Shown in pieces: positions 1-9,296 of a DNA stretch of 64,000 nt (the stretch's first letter is position 1; each line of letters begins with the position of its first letter). A program made the position numbers and the translations under genes. Source of the DNA: an uncultured Myxococcales bacterium (GTDB lineage Bacteria; Myxococcota_A; Polyangia; Polyangiales; Polyangiaceae); the NCBI GenBank assembly GCA_937872925.1, contig CALMUT010000027.1, positions 6,763 to 70,762 on the forward strand, given 5' to 3'. A model generated the notes under the pieces. The model did no database searches, had not been told where the DNA came from, and saw only the letters and a list, made by a program, of their open reading frames with translations.

Positions 1-781
1 GCGCCAGGGCGCCGCTGTCCGCCGCGCTCACGAGGGTCTCTTTGCCGCCTCCGTTGGCCGCGTCGCCGGTTCGGCGCGCGGCAATGGTGACTTTGTTCCT
101 GCGTGCCCACTCGACGGCCTGGGCGTTCAACACTTTTGCGCCGGCTTCCGCCATCTCTTGCATGGTTTCGTAGTCCAGCGCGAGCATGTGCTCGGCGTGG
201 GGGACCACACGGGGATCCGCCGTATAAACACCGTCTACGTCGCTGTAGATCTCGCAGCGTTCGGCGCCGAGTGCTGCGGCAAGGGCTACCGCTGTGGTGT
301 CGGAACCGCCGCGCCCAAGGGTCGTGATCTCCCGGCGGTAGCTCATGCCTTGGTAGCCCGCGACGATGACGATCCGACCCCGCGCGATTTCGTCGTCGAT
401 GCGATGGGGGCGGACCTCGATGATGCGCGCGTCGAAGTGACGATCGTTCGTGATGATGCCGGACTGGGAACCCGTGAAGCTGACAGCATCGTAGCCGCGC
501 GCTTGGATCGCGATCGACAAGAGCGCCATGCTCACCCGTTCCCCCGTGCTGACGAGCATGTCGAGTTCGCGCTTAGGCGCGGCGGCCGCCGTGTTGTCCG
601 AGCCCTGAGCGGCTTCGCTAGCAAGGCTGAGTAACTTGTCGGTGGTCTTGCCCATGGCGCTGACGACGACGACGACGTCGTTGCCAGCTCGCTTAGTATC
701 GACCACCTGGTCCGCGACGCTTCGCAGCTTGTCGATATCCGCAACGCTGGAGCCGCCATACTTCTGAACGACAATCGGCAT
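1..781 (-). CDS. lysC: aspartate kinase, N-terminal ~260 aa (3' end runs off the window)
   Basis: Own translation of the minus strand from ATG 781-779: [22 protein letters not shown]...[15 protein letters not shown]...[39 protein letters not shown]. These are the amino-acid-kinase/aspartokinase signatures. Absent from the ORF track because the frame is open-ended at position 1. Confidence 0.9.
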   Translation of the reverse strand, partial: MPIVVQKYGGSSVADIDKLRSVADQVVDTKRAGNDVVVVVSAMGKTTDKLLSLASEAAQGSDNTAAAAPKRELDMLVSTGERVSMALLSIAIQARGYDAVSFTGSQSGIITNDRHFDARIIEVRPHRIDDEIARGRIVIVAGYQGMSYRREITTLGRGGSDTTAVALAAALGAERCEIYSDVDGVYTADPRVVPHAEHMLALDYETMQEMAEAGAKVLNAQAVEWARRNKVTIAARRTGDAANGGGKETLVSAADSGALA

Positions 782-839
782 GACCATGCCGGCTACCACA
801 GGCCCCGGTCTGGGGCCAAATCTCCCGCAATTCGCCCGG

Positions 840-2030
840 CTACAGATCGAGTTGCACGGCCCGGGGCCCGCTCGCCTCCAGGAGCCAGGCCGTCCACGGT
901 TGAAAGCCGACGCCCGAAGCGTCGGCCGCCATGCTGCCGGCGAGCGTCATGGCGGATCTTGGGTGCTGCTCTACCAAGTCAGCCAACGCTTCCGTCGCGG
1001 CTCCGCCCGTGGGGGAGATCACCGCAAGCCGTTTCCCGTTTTCGTCTTCCAAGTGCAAGCCGTCGCCACGTTCCACCACGACCCGGGCCGGGGCGAGCAA
1101 TACCGCAAGGGGTTGATACACCAGGCGCAGGGGATCCTGACGTACTCCTGGGGCAAGCGCCATGTCAGTGCGTGCGCCGGACAGGGCGCGTTCTAGTTGC
1201 GCTCGTGCAGCGAGGGGGCGCATTTCGTACTGATGGATCAGGATACGTGGGGGCTCCGTGCTCGCGAGCCGTTGCGCCAAGTCCACGTCGAGCATGCGTC
1301 CGGTCTGGCCGTGTGAGAGACCGCGCCCCGGGCAAGCAACTTCCCGAAACATCTCGCCGGTCGATAGGTCGACCAAGAGGCGCGTCTCGACGGTCAAGAC
1401 ACCGCGCTGTCTTGTCCTCCCGACTTCTACGAGTTCGAGACCGCTGAGCTCTTTGGCGCCAAGCGGTCCTGGCCCACAGAGTTCCGCCTGCAGTTCCGAG
1501 GCGGCTCCGCGCAGCGCATCCACCGCGTGGCCCAAGGCCGCCAGGGTGATGGCCAGTTTTGCGGCAGCGCGTTCCTCAACGGCGCGTTCTATCGCGTCTA
1601 CCAAGCGCGCCAGCGCGTCGAGTTCGCGGCCGCGGACCAATTCGACGATGTCGTCGAGCGCCTCGTCGGTGCTCGAGCTTTCCCCGACAAGCCCCGCGCG
1701 CAGGACGGCGGCGGCGAGCTTCTCGAGCTCTTCTGCGAGGCCCAGCTCCGCAACCCTCTCGAGGTGCAGGGAGCTGGGAGGCACCGTTTCCGACGCAGGG
1801 CCCGCGCTGGGTCGGATCGAAGGGCGGATGGAGTGGGGTGCTGCCGAGCCCAGCCCGACTCCTCCGGCGAGGCCCAAGCGTTCGAGGGCATGGCTGACGT
1901 CCGAACCGGAACTAGTCCCGGCCACGAATACCTTGCGTCCGCGTCCGAAGGGATCGCGAACCACGACACTAGCGCCGCCCTGTTCGGATTCAATTTCCAC
2001 GACGACACTCACCACACGCGGTTCCTTCAT
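840..2030 (-). CDS. hypothetical protein (396 aa), last gene of a coupled three-gene module
   Basis: Long ORF with protein-like composition. Its ATG overlaps the stop of the upstream gene (ATGA at 2027-2030). No family recognised. Confidence 0.6.
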   Translation of the reverse strand: MKEPRVVSVVVEIESEQGGASVVVRDPFGRGRKVFVAGTSSGSDVSHALERLGLAGGVGLGSAAPHSIRPSIRPSAGPASETVPPSSLHLERVAELGLAEELEKLAAAVLRAGLVGESSSTDEALDDIVELVRGRELDALARLVDAIERAVEERAAAKLAITLAALGHAVDALRGAASELQAELCGPGPLGAKELSGLELVEVGRTRQRGVLTVETRLLVDLSTGEMFREVACPGRGLSHGQTGRMLDVDLAQRLASTEPPRILIHQYEMRPLAARAQLERALSGARTDMALAPGVRQDPLRLVYQPLAVLLAPARVVVERGDGLHLEDENGKRLAVISPTGGAATEALADLVEQHPRSAMTLAGSMAADASGVGFQPWTAWLLEASGPRAVQLDL

Positions 2031-3724
2031 TCGCCGGCCTTCGCTGGTGGTAGCGCTCGGATGAGTTTGCGCCGGCGCCTGCGCGCGGCGTGGCGGACGT
2101 GGGACGCCACGCCGGAAAGATTGCTGAGCATGAGTTCATCGATCAGGGCGCGGGCGGCTTCTGTGCGTCCCTCCGCCAGCAGCTCGTCCGTGCGCTCCAA
2201 GTAGGTTCGGGCGATGCGCGTCATGGCGCCGGCGTTGCGCGCAAGGGCGTCAGAGAAGGACGAAAGCGCTCGGCGATAGCCGGCGACCGCGCGCGACAGG
2301 TTACCCGCGGTGAGCCACAAATTGCCCTGCAACAGTCCCGGTGTTGGCCAGCTTGGATCTGCGTCTTGGGCGCGATCCAGGGCCACACTGCTGGCCTCAC
2401 GCATGCCGAGGGCTCGTAAGATCCAGGACTTGATCACCAGTAAGAACGCTCCGAAGCGGTGACGCTTGGTTGGCGCCGCGCCTGGTGCGCGGGCCAGAGC
2501 CCGAGGCGTCTTTGGGCGCTCGGTCCGCTTGGCCAAATCCTCCGGTGCATCGCCGCGCATTTCCAGTCGAGCCAGGGTGGAGTCGCGGGCGGCTTCGACT
2601 TCGGTGGAAAGGGCTGGATCCGCGTCCAAGCTGTCCAGCCAGAGCAACGCGCGTTCGTCGCCAGCGCGGCCGATGGCGCGGAGCGCGGATCTGCGAAGCT
2701 CGACTTCGGGCTGCTGCATCTGAGCGAAGGCGAGCTCTGCGAGCGCGGGGTCCCAGATGGAGTCCAGGGCGGCGAGGCGTGTGGACTCTCGGGCGTCGCC
2801 CAAGGCCTCGCGGATGCAATCCGAACCCCGGAAGTCGCCCCAGAGCGCCAGACCCTCCGCGATCGCCAGGCGCTCGGCGAGGTCCGACGCGCGCGTGTCG
2901 GCTGCAGTGAGTAGTCCCACCACTCGGCGGTCGTCGATGCGAGCCAGGGCTCGGATCGCTTCGGTGCGCACATCGCTCCGCGGGTCGTCCAGCAGTGCAG
3001 ACGCAAGCATGGGTAGGGTGCGTGGGTCCGCCGAGGGCCGCAGGGCAGCGATGCGCTCCACGGCTTCGGCGCCGTCGGCCTGATCCAGCAGTTCCCCCAG
3101 GCGGTCCAACAGGAAGGCGGACGTGGAGTCGTCGGCATCACGAAGGTGCAACGCGACGCGAGCACGCTCCGCCGTCTTCAGTTTGCTGAAAGCGTCGCCG
3201 GCATCGGTGCCGTCGACGACTCGTGCGACTGCCTTCGACAAGACGTTGAGCTCGGCGGCGACTTCCGCGAGTTCATTCCGCGCGGAGCGACCAGCGGCAC
3301 CGCTGCGCTTGGCCTGGAGTTGGAGCAAATCTCGCTCCAGTTCAGGCTCCTGGGACGAGTAGGACAAGTCGAGATCGTCCAGGATATCTTCGTCGTCTTG
3401 CGCCAGTTCCGATAGCCTCAGCAGTGCGGTGCGCTTTTCGAGCAAGGATGCCCCGCGCGCCGCCGCCGTGAGTGCACGCAGATCGGAGCTTTGGCCGAGG
3501 GCGCGCCGACGCACGCGCGCCGCCAAGACGGCGGCCAAGAGTGAGCGACTGGTTGAAGTCGTGGCGGGCGTTGGCTCGGCTGCGCGGGCCAGCTGCTTGG
3601 AAAAATGCAGTTGCGCGTCTCGCAGCCAGTCGCTTACGGCGGTGGCAATGTCTTGCTCGCCGGGTTCGTGTCGGACAATTCCCTGCTCGACTAGTCGCAA
3701 GAGGTGGTCGTCGGTTTCCGTCAA
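2027..3724 (-). CDS. HEAT-repeat protein with TPR-like C-terminal region
   Basis: Repeated HEAT/PBS-lyase-like units (LLDDPRSDVRTEAIRALARIDDRRVVGLL; ELRRSALRAIGRAGDERALLWL). The track ORF extends to 3967 but overlaps the upstream gene, which ends at 3736. I place the start at TTG 3724-3722; the start is uncertain. Confidence 0.65.
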   Translation of the reverse strand: MTETDDHLLRLVEQGIVRHEPGEQDIATAVSDWLRDAQLHFSKQLARAAEPTPATTSTSRSLLAAVLAARVRRRALGQSSDLRALTAAARGASLLEKRTALLRLSELAQDDEDILDDLDLSYSSQEPELERDLLQLQAKRSGAAGRSARNELAEVAAELNVLSKAVARVVDGTDAGDAFSKLKTAERARVALHLRDADDSTSAFLLDRLGELLDQADGAEAVERIAALRPSADPRTLPMLASALLDDPRSDVRTEAIRALARIDDRRVVGLLTAADTRASDLAERLAIAEGLALWGDFRGSDCIREALGDARESTRLAALDSIWDPALAELAFAQMQQPEVELRRSALRAIGRAGDERALLWLDSLDADPALSTEVEAARDSTLARLEMRGDAPEDLAKRTERPKTPRALARAPGAAPTKRHRFGAFLLVIKSWILRALGMREASSVALDRAQDADPSWPTPGLLQGNLWLTAGNLSRAVAGYRRALSSFSDALARNAGAMTRIARTYLERTDELLAEGRTEAARALIDELMLSNLSGVASHVRHAARRRRRKLIRALPPAKAGE

Positions 3725-3735
3725 CTCCGGGCCCC

Positions 3736-5106
3736 TCAGCTTGGTCGTGGCTTTGCCATGAATAGCCCGGCGGTCGAGGCGATCCAGAGACTGCCGTCGT
3801 GCTGCGCTTGCGCGATCCCCGTGATGGATTGTCCCGTGCTGCCTGCAATGCTGCACGCTGTATGGGCCGCACCCGTCGATAGGTCGACCAAGAGCAGCGC
3901 GGCGTCTTGGAACGCAGTGCCAAAGACTCCGACCCACAGCGTCGTTTCGTCGAGGCACAGCGCACACGCGCCCTGAGTGCCGACAATGCGGCGAAAGGAG
4001 TGGCCGCCGTCTTTCGAATGCATGACGCCAATTTCGGGAATTGCGACCAACAGAGCCTCGGCGTTCCGGGCGACCAGTACGTGCTCTGGGGCGCGAGCTT
4101 GTTGCACTTCGGGCGGCAAAGGCATACGCGCGCCGGTCGCGATGAACAGCAAATCGCTGCTATCGCAGGCGACGGAGCCGCAGGGGGAAAGTGCTCGTAA
4201 GGGGTGCGGAGCCAATAGTTGGGAGAAACTGCCGCCGGCGTCCGTGCTCACCGCAATTTCGCCCGTGTCGAGGAGCAGGGCGATCCCTTGAGCATTTGCC
4301 CCCGCTTGCAACACGTAGGGCATGCTTGAAAGCGCGCGCGGAGCATCTCGTTCGAAGGCAGAGACCGTCTCGAGACGGCCATCGGGTCGCGCCCGAAAGA
4401 GCTTGCCGGTAACCGTCGCGACTAAGACCGCGTCATCTAGCGCTGTGAGCGTGGTTGCGCGTGCGGGCAGAGCGACGGAGCGCACCGGAGAGCCGAGTCG
4501 GTGGAATGCGAGTTCGGCACCCAGGGCAGCAACACCCATTCCGACCGCGGCGACCTGAGACTGTTCGCCGCTCTCGAGGCGTTCGACCTGCCAGGACGGC
4601 GCAAGGGGCAGGGGTCGGGCGTCGTCAACGACCTGCAGTTGCCCGAAATTGCCCTCTTCGAAGTCTCCCTCAGCGTCCGCATCCAGCCCGGGCAATTCTT
4701 CGTCCACCAAGTCTTCAAGAGGCTCCCCCAGGCCTTCATCCGAGCCGGCAGCGATCCCCTCGAGTTGCACTTCCTGCACGCCCTCGGAGATGTCGAGTTC
4801 CGGCAATCCAACGCGGTCATCGCCGGGCTGTCCTTCCTCGATACTCATCAGCAAATCACCGACGTCCAACCCCAGTTCGGTGCTTGTTTCCGCCCCAGAG
4901 TGATCCTCTAACTCCGAAAGGTCGACGCCGATGTCCAGGTCGTCGGCGCTATCGTCGTCGGCGTCGTCGCCGTCCAGGGTTGAGAGTTCGGCGAGCTCCG
5001 AGCCATAGCTATCTTGAGGCCCCTCTATGTCGTCGTCGTCGCTATGCTCAAGGGGCGGCAATCGTGTCAGCAACTCCTCGTCGTTTTGTGCCGCGGCGAT
5101 GTCCAT
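3736..5106 (-). CDS. protein with ~170-aa highly acidic N-terminal region and C-terminal Asp-box (BNR-like) beta-propeller-like region
   Basis: The N-terminus is D/E-rich and low complexity. The C-terminal part carries STDAGGSF and SKDGGHSF, which resemble the SxDxGxTW Asp-box. Confidence 0.6.
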   Translation of the reverse strand: MDIAAAQNDEELLTRLPPLEHSDDDDIEGPQDSYGSELAELSTLDGDDADDDSADDLDIGVDLSELEDHSGAETSTELGLDVGDLLMSIEEGQPGDDRVGLPELDISEGVQEVQLEGIAAGSDEGLGEPLEDLVDEELPGLDADAEGDFEEGNFGQLQVVDDARPLPLAPSWQVERLESGEQSQVAAVGMGVAALGAELAFHRLGSPVRSVALPARATTLTALDDAVLVATVTGKLFRARPDGRLETVSAFERDAPRALSSMPYVLQAGANAQGIALLLDTGEIAVSTDAGGSFSQLLAPHPLRALSPCGSVACDSSDLLFIATGARMPLPPEVQQARAPEHVLVARNAEALLVAIPEIGVMHSKDGGHSFRRIVGTQGACALCLDETTLWVGVFGTAFQDAALLLVDLSTGAAHTACSIAGSTGQSITGIAQAQHDGSLWIASTAGLFMAKPRPS

Positions 5107-5290
5107 CTAGGGCATTTTCACACTAGATCCACTGCAAGGGAAAGGCCTACGCGAGGCCGGCGTGAAGATACACGCTGCGGCGAAGCATCTCTGCGGCATC
5201 GCTGGCCACAGCAAACCGGACAAACCCGACAATGCAGTCGCACCTGTCCGCCGGGAGCGCTATGCAAAAGTGGTGACAGTGGAGCCACTC

Positions 5291-5515
5291 ATGGCCGAGG
5301 GTCTATGCTCGCGACGGGTCACCGTGCGTGCGCGGGATGTGGTGTATGTCAAAGGAATATTTGAAGCAAGCGAGGGCTTGGGCGTACTTTTTTCGAAGGC
5401 CGGAGGCGACTTGATCATTTCAGCCCACGCAAGTCGTCTAGCTGAACTCGACGAGGTCTTGCGCGACCTCACATTAGAAATCGGCGCTATTGTGGAACCT
5501 GACACATCCGGTTGA
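5291..5515 (+). CDS. small protein, possibly DUF4911-like
   Basis: Track ORF 5162-5515. An internal ATG at 5291 gives ~75 aa (MAEGLCSRRVTVRARDVVYVKGIFEASEGLGVLFSKAGGDLIISAH...), which resembles my recollection of DUF4911. The family call is weak. Confidence 0.4.
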   Translation: MAEGLCSRRVTVRARDVVYVKGIFEASEGLGVLFSKAGGDLIISAHASRLAELDEVLRDLTLEIGAIVEPDTSG

Positions 5516-5601
5516 CAGCGTCGGCACAAAGGGCCAAAGGTGGGCGCTTCGCTGCGCGGCTCTGGTGTCCCCCGGCCGGGCAAAGCAACCGATGGTGTGA
5601 C

Positions 5602-6288
5602 ATGGCCGCTGTGCCGCCCAAACCAGACGCGGAACAGTCCGCTGAGCGCACGCCGCTGCCGGCGGACGGAGCATCTCGGTCGGATGCGCGCGTCGTGCTC
5701 GCGTGGCGCGAGTGGCTGGGTGCATTGGCGACGGACGCGGAAGCTGCTTTGGCCGCGTCCATGGCTTACAAGGCCCTCGACGATTCTGCTCGGGACGAAT
5801 GGCTCGGAGCGTTGGAGCAAGATGCGCCGCGCTTGGGTGTGCCGCGTATCGCGGTGTACGCGCCCCTGCTTGCAGTAGAGACTTCCCACGAGCGTCGCCG
5901 GCGCATCCTCGACGCCGTAGGTCCCGACGGCGTCCGGGCGGGGCCACGGGTGCCCCCGCGCGGCTTGGTCGGCCGGGGCTCCGATGGGGAGCATGTTGCC
6001 GCCGTGATTTGGCCGCTCTATCTTGATTTCGTGCAGGTATTGGCGTGCGGTTTCCGGACCGAACGGGGCTTTTCGTGGGTGCGACACGATCCGATCCTGC
6101 AGGACACCGCTGCCCCGCGGGGAGGAGACAGTGTTCAGGGCGTGCAGCTCGACGCCGTGCCACTGAAGAGCTTGATCGACGATCTTGCCATGGCCGTGCT
6201 GAGCCACGAACGAAGCGGCAAGGTCCTTCCAGAAGCACTGCGGCTTTTTGCTGACCTTTTTGGTCCTCTGGAGCCCCTCGGAGCCTGA
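5602..6288 (+). CDS. hypothetical protein
   Basis: Track ORF 5512-6288. Likely start at ATG 5602 (MAAVPPKPD...). No family recognised. Confidence 0.5.
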   Translation: MAAVPPKPDAEQSAERTPLPADGASRSDARVVLAWREWLGALATDAEAALAASMAYKALDDSARDEWLGALEQDAPRLGVPRIAVYAPLLAVETSHERRRRILDAVGPDGVRAGPRVPPRGLVGRGSDGEHVAAVIWPLYLDFVQVLACGFRTERGFSWVRHDPILQDTAAPRGGDSVQGVQLDAVPLKSLIDDLAMAVLSHERSGKVLPEALRLFADLFGPLEPLGA

Positions 6289-6298
6289 CACGCCGCAG

Positions 6299-6838
6299 AT
6301 GATTTCGTTGCGTGCGCTTTGCTTGGGGCTCTCGGTCGCAGCGTTTGCGGCGTGCGGCAGCGAGAGTGCACCGCGGCCAAAGCCCCAGAGCCCCTTCGCA
6401 TCCGGCGGCGTGGCGTTTGTGTACACGGCCGTCGATGGCAGTGAGCTGTCCAGCGCTACGACCCGCGGTCGGGCCACGGCCGTGCTGTTTCTCACGACCT
6501 ACGATCTCGCGTCGCAGCTCATGGCGCGGCGCTTGGATGGCGTCGTGCGACGTCATGTGCCGCGAACCAACGCGGCGGCGGTAGTGCTGGAGCCGCCAAA
6601 GTACGTGGTCATGGCCCAAAGCTTTGGGTCCGCCTTGAACTTGTCGTATCCCGTGGCGATGGCCGACGAATGGAAGGATCGACACACGCCCTTTGGGCGT
6701 ATCGACCGCGTTCCGACGGTGATCATACTGGATCGTTCTGGGGCTGAAACGACGCGTTTTATTGGAGTTGTGAGCGAGGCTGAATTGGAGTCGGCACTCA
6801 CCGCCGCCTCCAAGCGGGGCTTTTCCCTTTCTCGCTAA
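6299..6838 (+). CDS. lipoprotein with thioredoxin-like (TlpA/AhpC-TSA-like) fold lacking the CxxC site
   Basis: The internal ATG at 6299 gives MISLRALCLGLSVAAFAAC (signal peptide + lipobox). It has the TlpA-like layout (RGRATAVLFLTTYDLASQ...VPTVIILDRSG), but YDLAS sits where WCxxC is expected. Confidence 0.5.
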   Translation: MISLRALCLGLSVAAFAACGSESAPRPKPQSPFASGGVAFVYTAVDGSELSSATTRGRATAVLFLTTYDLASQLMARRLDGVVRRHVPRTNAAAVVLEPPKYVVMAQSFGSALNLSYPVAMADEWKDRHTPFGRIDRVPTVIILDRSGAETTRFIGVVSEAELESALTAASKRGFSLSR

Positions 6839-6861
6839 GGGGGTCGGTTCACGAGGGAGGC

Positions 6862-7113
6862 TTGGCGCTCGCTCCTGGAATATGCGCACCCTGCGCGTGG
6901 CCGGGTACGACAGGGTTTGGGGGCGGTGTGCTGGGCGCCGGCGGCCCGGAGGACGGGGTGGAGCCGCGAGAAGTACGGACTCTCCGCGTAGCGTTTGACC
7001 ACCGCGGGTTGGACGGCTATCAGGCGGGCCGCATGGCGAAGCGGCTCCGGGAGGCACTGGAGGATCCGGATCGCTGGCTCGGCGACGTAGCCGAGTCTGC
7101 CCTGCCGTATTGA
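6862..7113 (+). pseudogene. orphan C-terminal fragment of a 2-oxoacid dehydrogenase E2 acyltransferase catalytic domain
   Basis: ...GGGVLGAGGPEDGVEPREVRTLRVAFDHRGLDGYQAGRMAKRLREALEDPDRWL carries the catalytic DHRxxDG motif and the usual tail. Only ~60 aa of a ~230-aa domain are present, with no lipoyl or E3-binding domain upstream. Confidence 0.45.
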
Positions 7114-7126
7114 TAAGGAGCATCCC

Positions 7127-8347
7127 GTGAAAGCCATCAAGAAGGTCGTACTTGCGTACTCTGGGGGATTGGACACCAGCGTGATCCTGACTTGGATCAA
7201 AGAGAAGTACGGCTGCGAGGTCGTCGCTTGGTGCGCGGACGTTGGCCAAGCCGAGGAGCTGACGGGGCTTGAAGAAAAGGCCAAGGCCACGGGCGCCGCG
7301 AGCTACGTGGTCAAGGACCTGCGCGAACGCTTCGTTCGGGATTTCGTCTATCCGGCCATTCGCGCCAACGCGCTTTACGAGGGCGAGTATCTACTTGGCA
7401 CGTCCCTGGCTCGCCCTTGCATCATCGAAGGCATGATGGACACCGTGCGGGAGGTCGGCGCGGACGCCATCGCTCATGGCGCGACGGGTAAGGGCAACGA
7501 CCAAGTTCGCTTTGAGCTCGGCGCCATGCACTTCGACCCCGGTGTGCAGGTCATTGCGCCTTGGCGCGAGTGGGACTTCAAGGGGCGGGCGGATCTGATC
7601 GAAGACGCCAAGGCTCGCGACATTCCGGTCGCCGCCAGCGCCGAAAAGCCCTACAGCATTGATCGCAACCTGCTGCATTTGTCGTTCGAGGGCGGCATTC
7701 TGGAAGACCCGTGGGCGGAGCCGCCCCCGGATATGTTCATTCTGACCAAGAACCCCGAGGACGCTCCTTCCGAGGGTGAAGTGCTCGAGCTCGGATTCGA
7801 AGCGGGCAACCCCGTGAGCATCAACGGCCAGAGCTTTGCGCCAGTCGCGCTACTCAGCCGTCTCAACGACCTCGTCGGCAAGCACGGAGTGGGGCGGGTC
7901 GATATCGTCGAGAGGCGCTTCGTCGGCATGAAGAGCCGCGGCGTCTACGAGACGCCAGGTGGCACCGTGCTGGCCAAGGCGCACCGCGCCATGGAGTCCA
8001 TCACTTTGGACCGCGAGCAGATCCGGATCCGCGACTCGCTCATCCCCGAATACTCCACCCTGGTGTACCGGGGCCTGTGGTTCTCGCCAGAGCGAGAAAT
8101 GCTGCAGCAGATGATGGACGGGATCCAAAGCCTCGTGAGCGGTGTGGTCCGCCTCAAGCTCTACAAGGGCTCCGTGACGGTGCTGGGGCGCAAGAGCGAC
8201 AATACGCTGTACCGCGAGGACTTCGTCACTTTCGAAAAGGACGAGGTCTACAATCAGGCTGACGCCGGCGGCTTCATTCGCTTGAATGGTCTTCGGATCC
8301 GCCTCGAGGCGCTGCGGCGCCAGAAGCTTGCGGAAAGCGGCAAGTGA
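7127..8347 (+). CDS. argG: argininosuccinate synthase
   Basis: KKVVLAYSGGLDTSV (ATP pyrophosphatase P-loop SGGxDTS), AHGATGKGNDQVRFE, full length 406 aa, GTG start. Confidence 0.95.
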   Translation: MKAIKKVVLAYSGGLDTSVILTWIKEKYGCEVVAWCADVGQAEELTGLEEKAKATGAASYVVKDLRERFVRDFVYPAIRANALYEGEYLLGTSLARPCIIEGMMDTVREVGADAIAHGATGKGNDQVRFELGAMHFDPGVQVIAPWREWDFKGRADLIEDAKARDIPVAASAEKPYSIDRNLLHLSFEGGILEDPWAEPPPDMFILTKNPEDAPSEGEVLELGFEAGNPVSINGQSFAPVALLSRLNDLVGKHGVGRVDIVERRFVGMKSRGVYETPGGTVLAKAHRAMESITLDREQIRIRDSLIPEYSTLVYRGLWFSPEREMLQQMMDGIQSLVSGVVRLKLYKGSVTVLGRKSDNTLYREDFVTFEKDEVYNQADAGGFIRLNGLRIRLEALRRQKLAESGK

Positions 8348-8363
8348 AGGCTGCGTCAAATTT

Positions 8364-9065
8364 GTGAGCACCCTCTACTTGGTGCGTCACGCGCAGGCGT
8401 CCTTCTTGTCGGACAATTACGATCGGCTGAGTGAGCATGGGCGAAGCCAGGCGCGCGCGCTGGGCCAGGCTTGGCACGCACGCAAGCTGCGGCTGGACCG
8501 GGTGCTTAGCGGACCACGCGAGCGTCAGCGGGATACCGCCAGCGAGGTGCTGGGTGTTCTTGGGGTCCAGCAGTGCAGCCTGGAAAGTGTTGCGGCTTTT
8601 GACGAGTACCCCGCCGAGGAGGTGCTGGGCGGCTTCGCCCCGGAGATGCAAGAGCAGCGGGAGTTTTCACAGCTCTTCGCGGACGCGCAGCAGTCCGCGG
8701 ATCCGCGAGCGCGCGGTCGCGCCTTTGACAAGCTCTTGCAGCACGCCCTGAGACTATGGGCGGCGGGTCGCACGCCCAGGGGCGTGGATAGTCACGTCAC
8801 GTTCGAAAGGCGCGTGCACGAAGCCTTTAGCGAGCTGATCCAAGGGCAGGGATCCGGACGTAGCCTGGCGTTATTCAGCTCCGCCGGCACCATCGGCGCG
8901 ATCGTGGGACACGTGCTCGGCACGGATGTGGCGCGACGTCTCGAACTCGGTTGGTCGCTGAACAACGCGAGCGTGAGCGAGATCGCCTTTTCTGCGGGTC
9001 GCGTGTCGCTGGTGCGCTTCAACGACGTTGGGCACCTCCCGCACGGGACCTGGACGCGGCGCTAG
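8364..9065 (+). CDS. histidine phosphatase family protein (phosphoglycerate-mutase-like)
   Basis: LYLVRHAQASF...LSEHGRSQA (RHG motif family). In-frame GTG at 8364, just after the argG stop. Confidence 0.75.
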   Translation: MSTLYLVRHAQASFLSDNYDRLSEHGRSQARALGQAWHARKLRLDRVLSGPRERQRDTASEVLGVLGVQQCSLESVAAFDEYPAEEVLGGFAPEMQEQREFSQLFADAQQSADPRARGRAFDKLLQHALRLWAAGRTPRGVDSHVTFERRVHEAFSELIQGQGSGRSLALFSSAGTIGAIVGHVLGTDVARRLELGWSLNNASVSEIAFSAGRVSLVRFNDVGHLPHGTWTRR

Positions 9066-9296
9066 GTTCGAAGGCGGGACGGGACGGCGACGGGGGCAGG
9101 GGCAGCGACAGCGACAAGGGCAGCGCTGAGCCCCCCGCCCCGCCACTGATCCCAGCACTGCCACTACACCCAGCCCCCGACTCTTTCGCTGCCACTGCCA
9201 CTGAACGAGGCCACTCGCACTCCGGCGGCACCGATCGAGGTTGGGGGGATGCCAGTCGTGGATCCGGCGGGCGGAGAGGAGTAAGACCCTTGGGTC

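Noticed and set aside
3736-3967. Apparent 232-nt overlap between the 646-aa and 456-aa minus-strand ORFs.
   Set aside because: It is an artefact of taking the longest ORF. The N-terminal 80 residues of the 646-aa call are Arg/Cys-rich nonsense, and the real start is placed just downstream of the upstream stop.
5260-7249. Very long minus-strand ORFs (5260-6495, 411 aa; 5474-7249, 591 aa). Similar long alternative-frame ORFs occur elsewhere, e.g. 13358-14554, 15314-17050, 24977-26641, 40422-41714 and 57886-58947.
   Set aside because: Their translations are Arg/Pro/Gly/Ala-rich with no motifs. They lie antisense or out of frame to genes with clear family signatures. This is the typical stop-codon-poor shadow-ORF behaviour of high-GC DNA.
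8472-8487. TGGCACGCACGCAAGC, a partial sigma-54 -24 element.
   Set aside because: It lies inside the histidine-phosphatase coding region, and the -12 position reads CAAG rather than TTGC.
9064-9075. GGTTCGAAGGC resembling a tRNA T-loop (GGTTCGAATCC).
   Set aside because: The flanking sequence gives no acceptor, D or anticodon arms. The match overlaps the stop codon of the phosphatase gene and runs into the G-run spacer.
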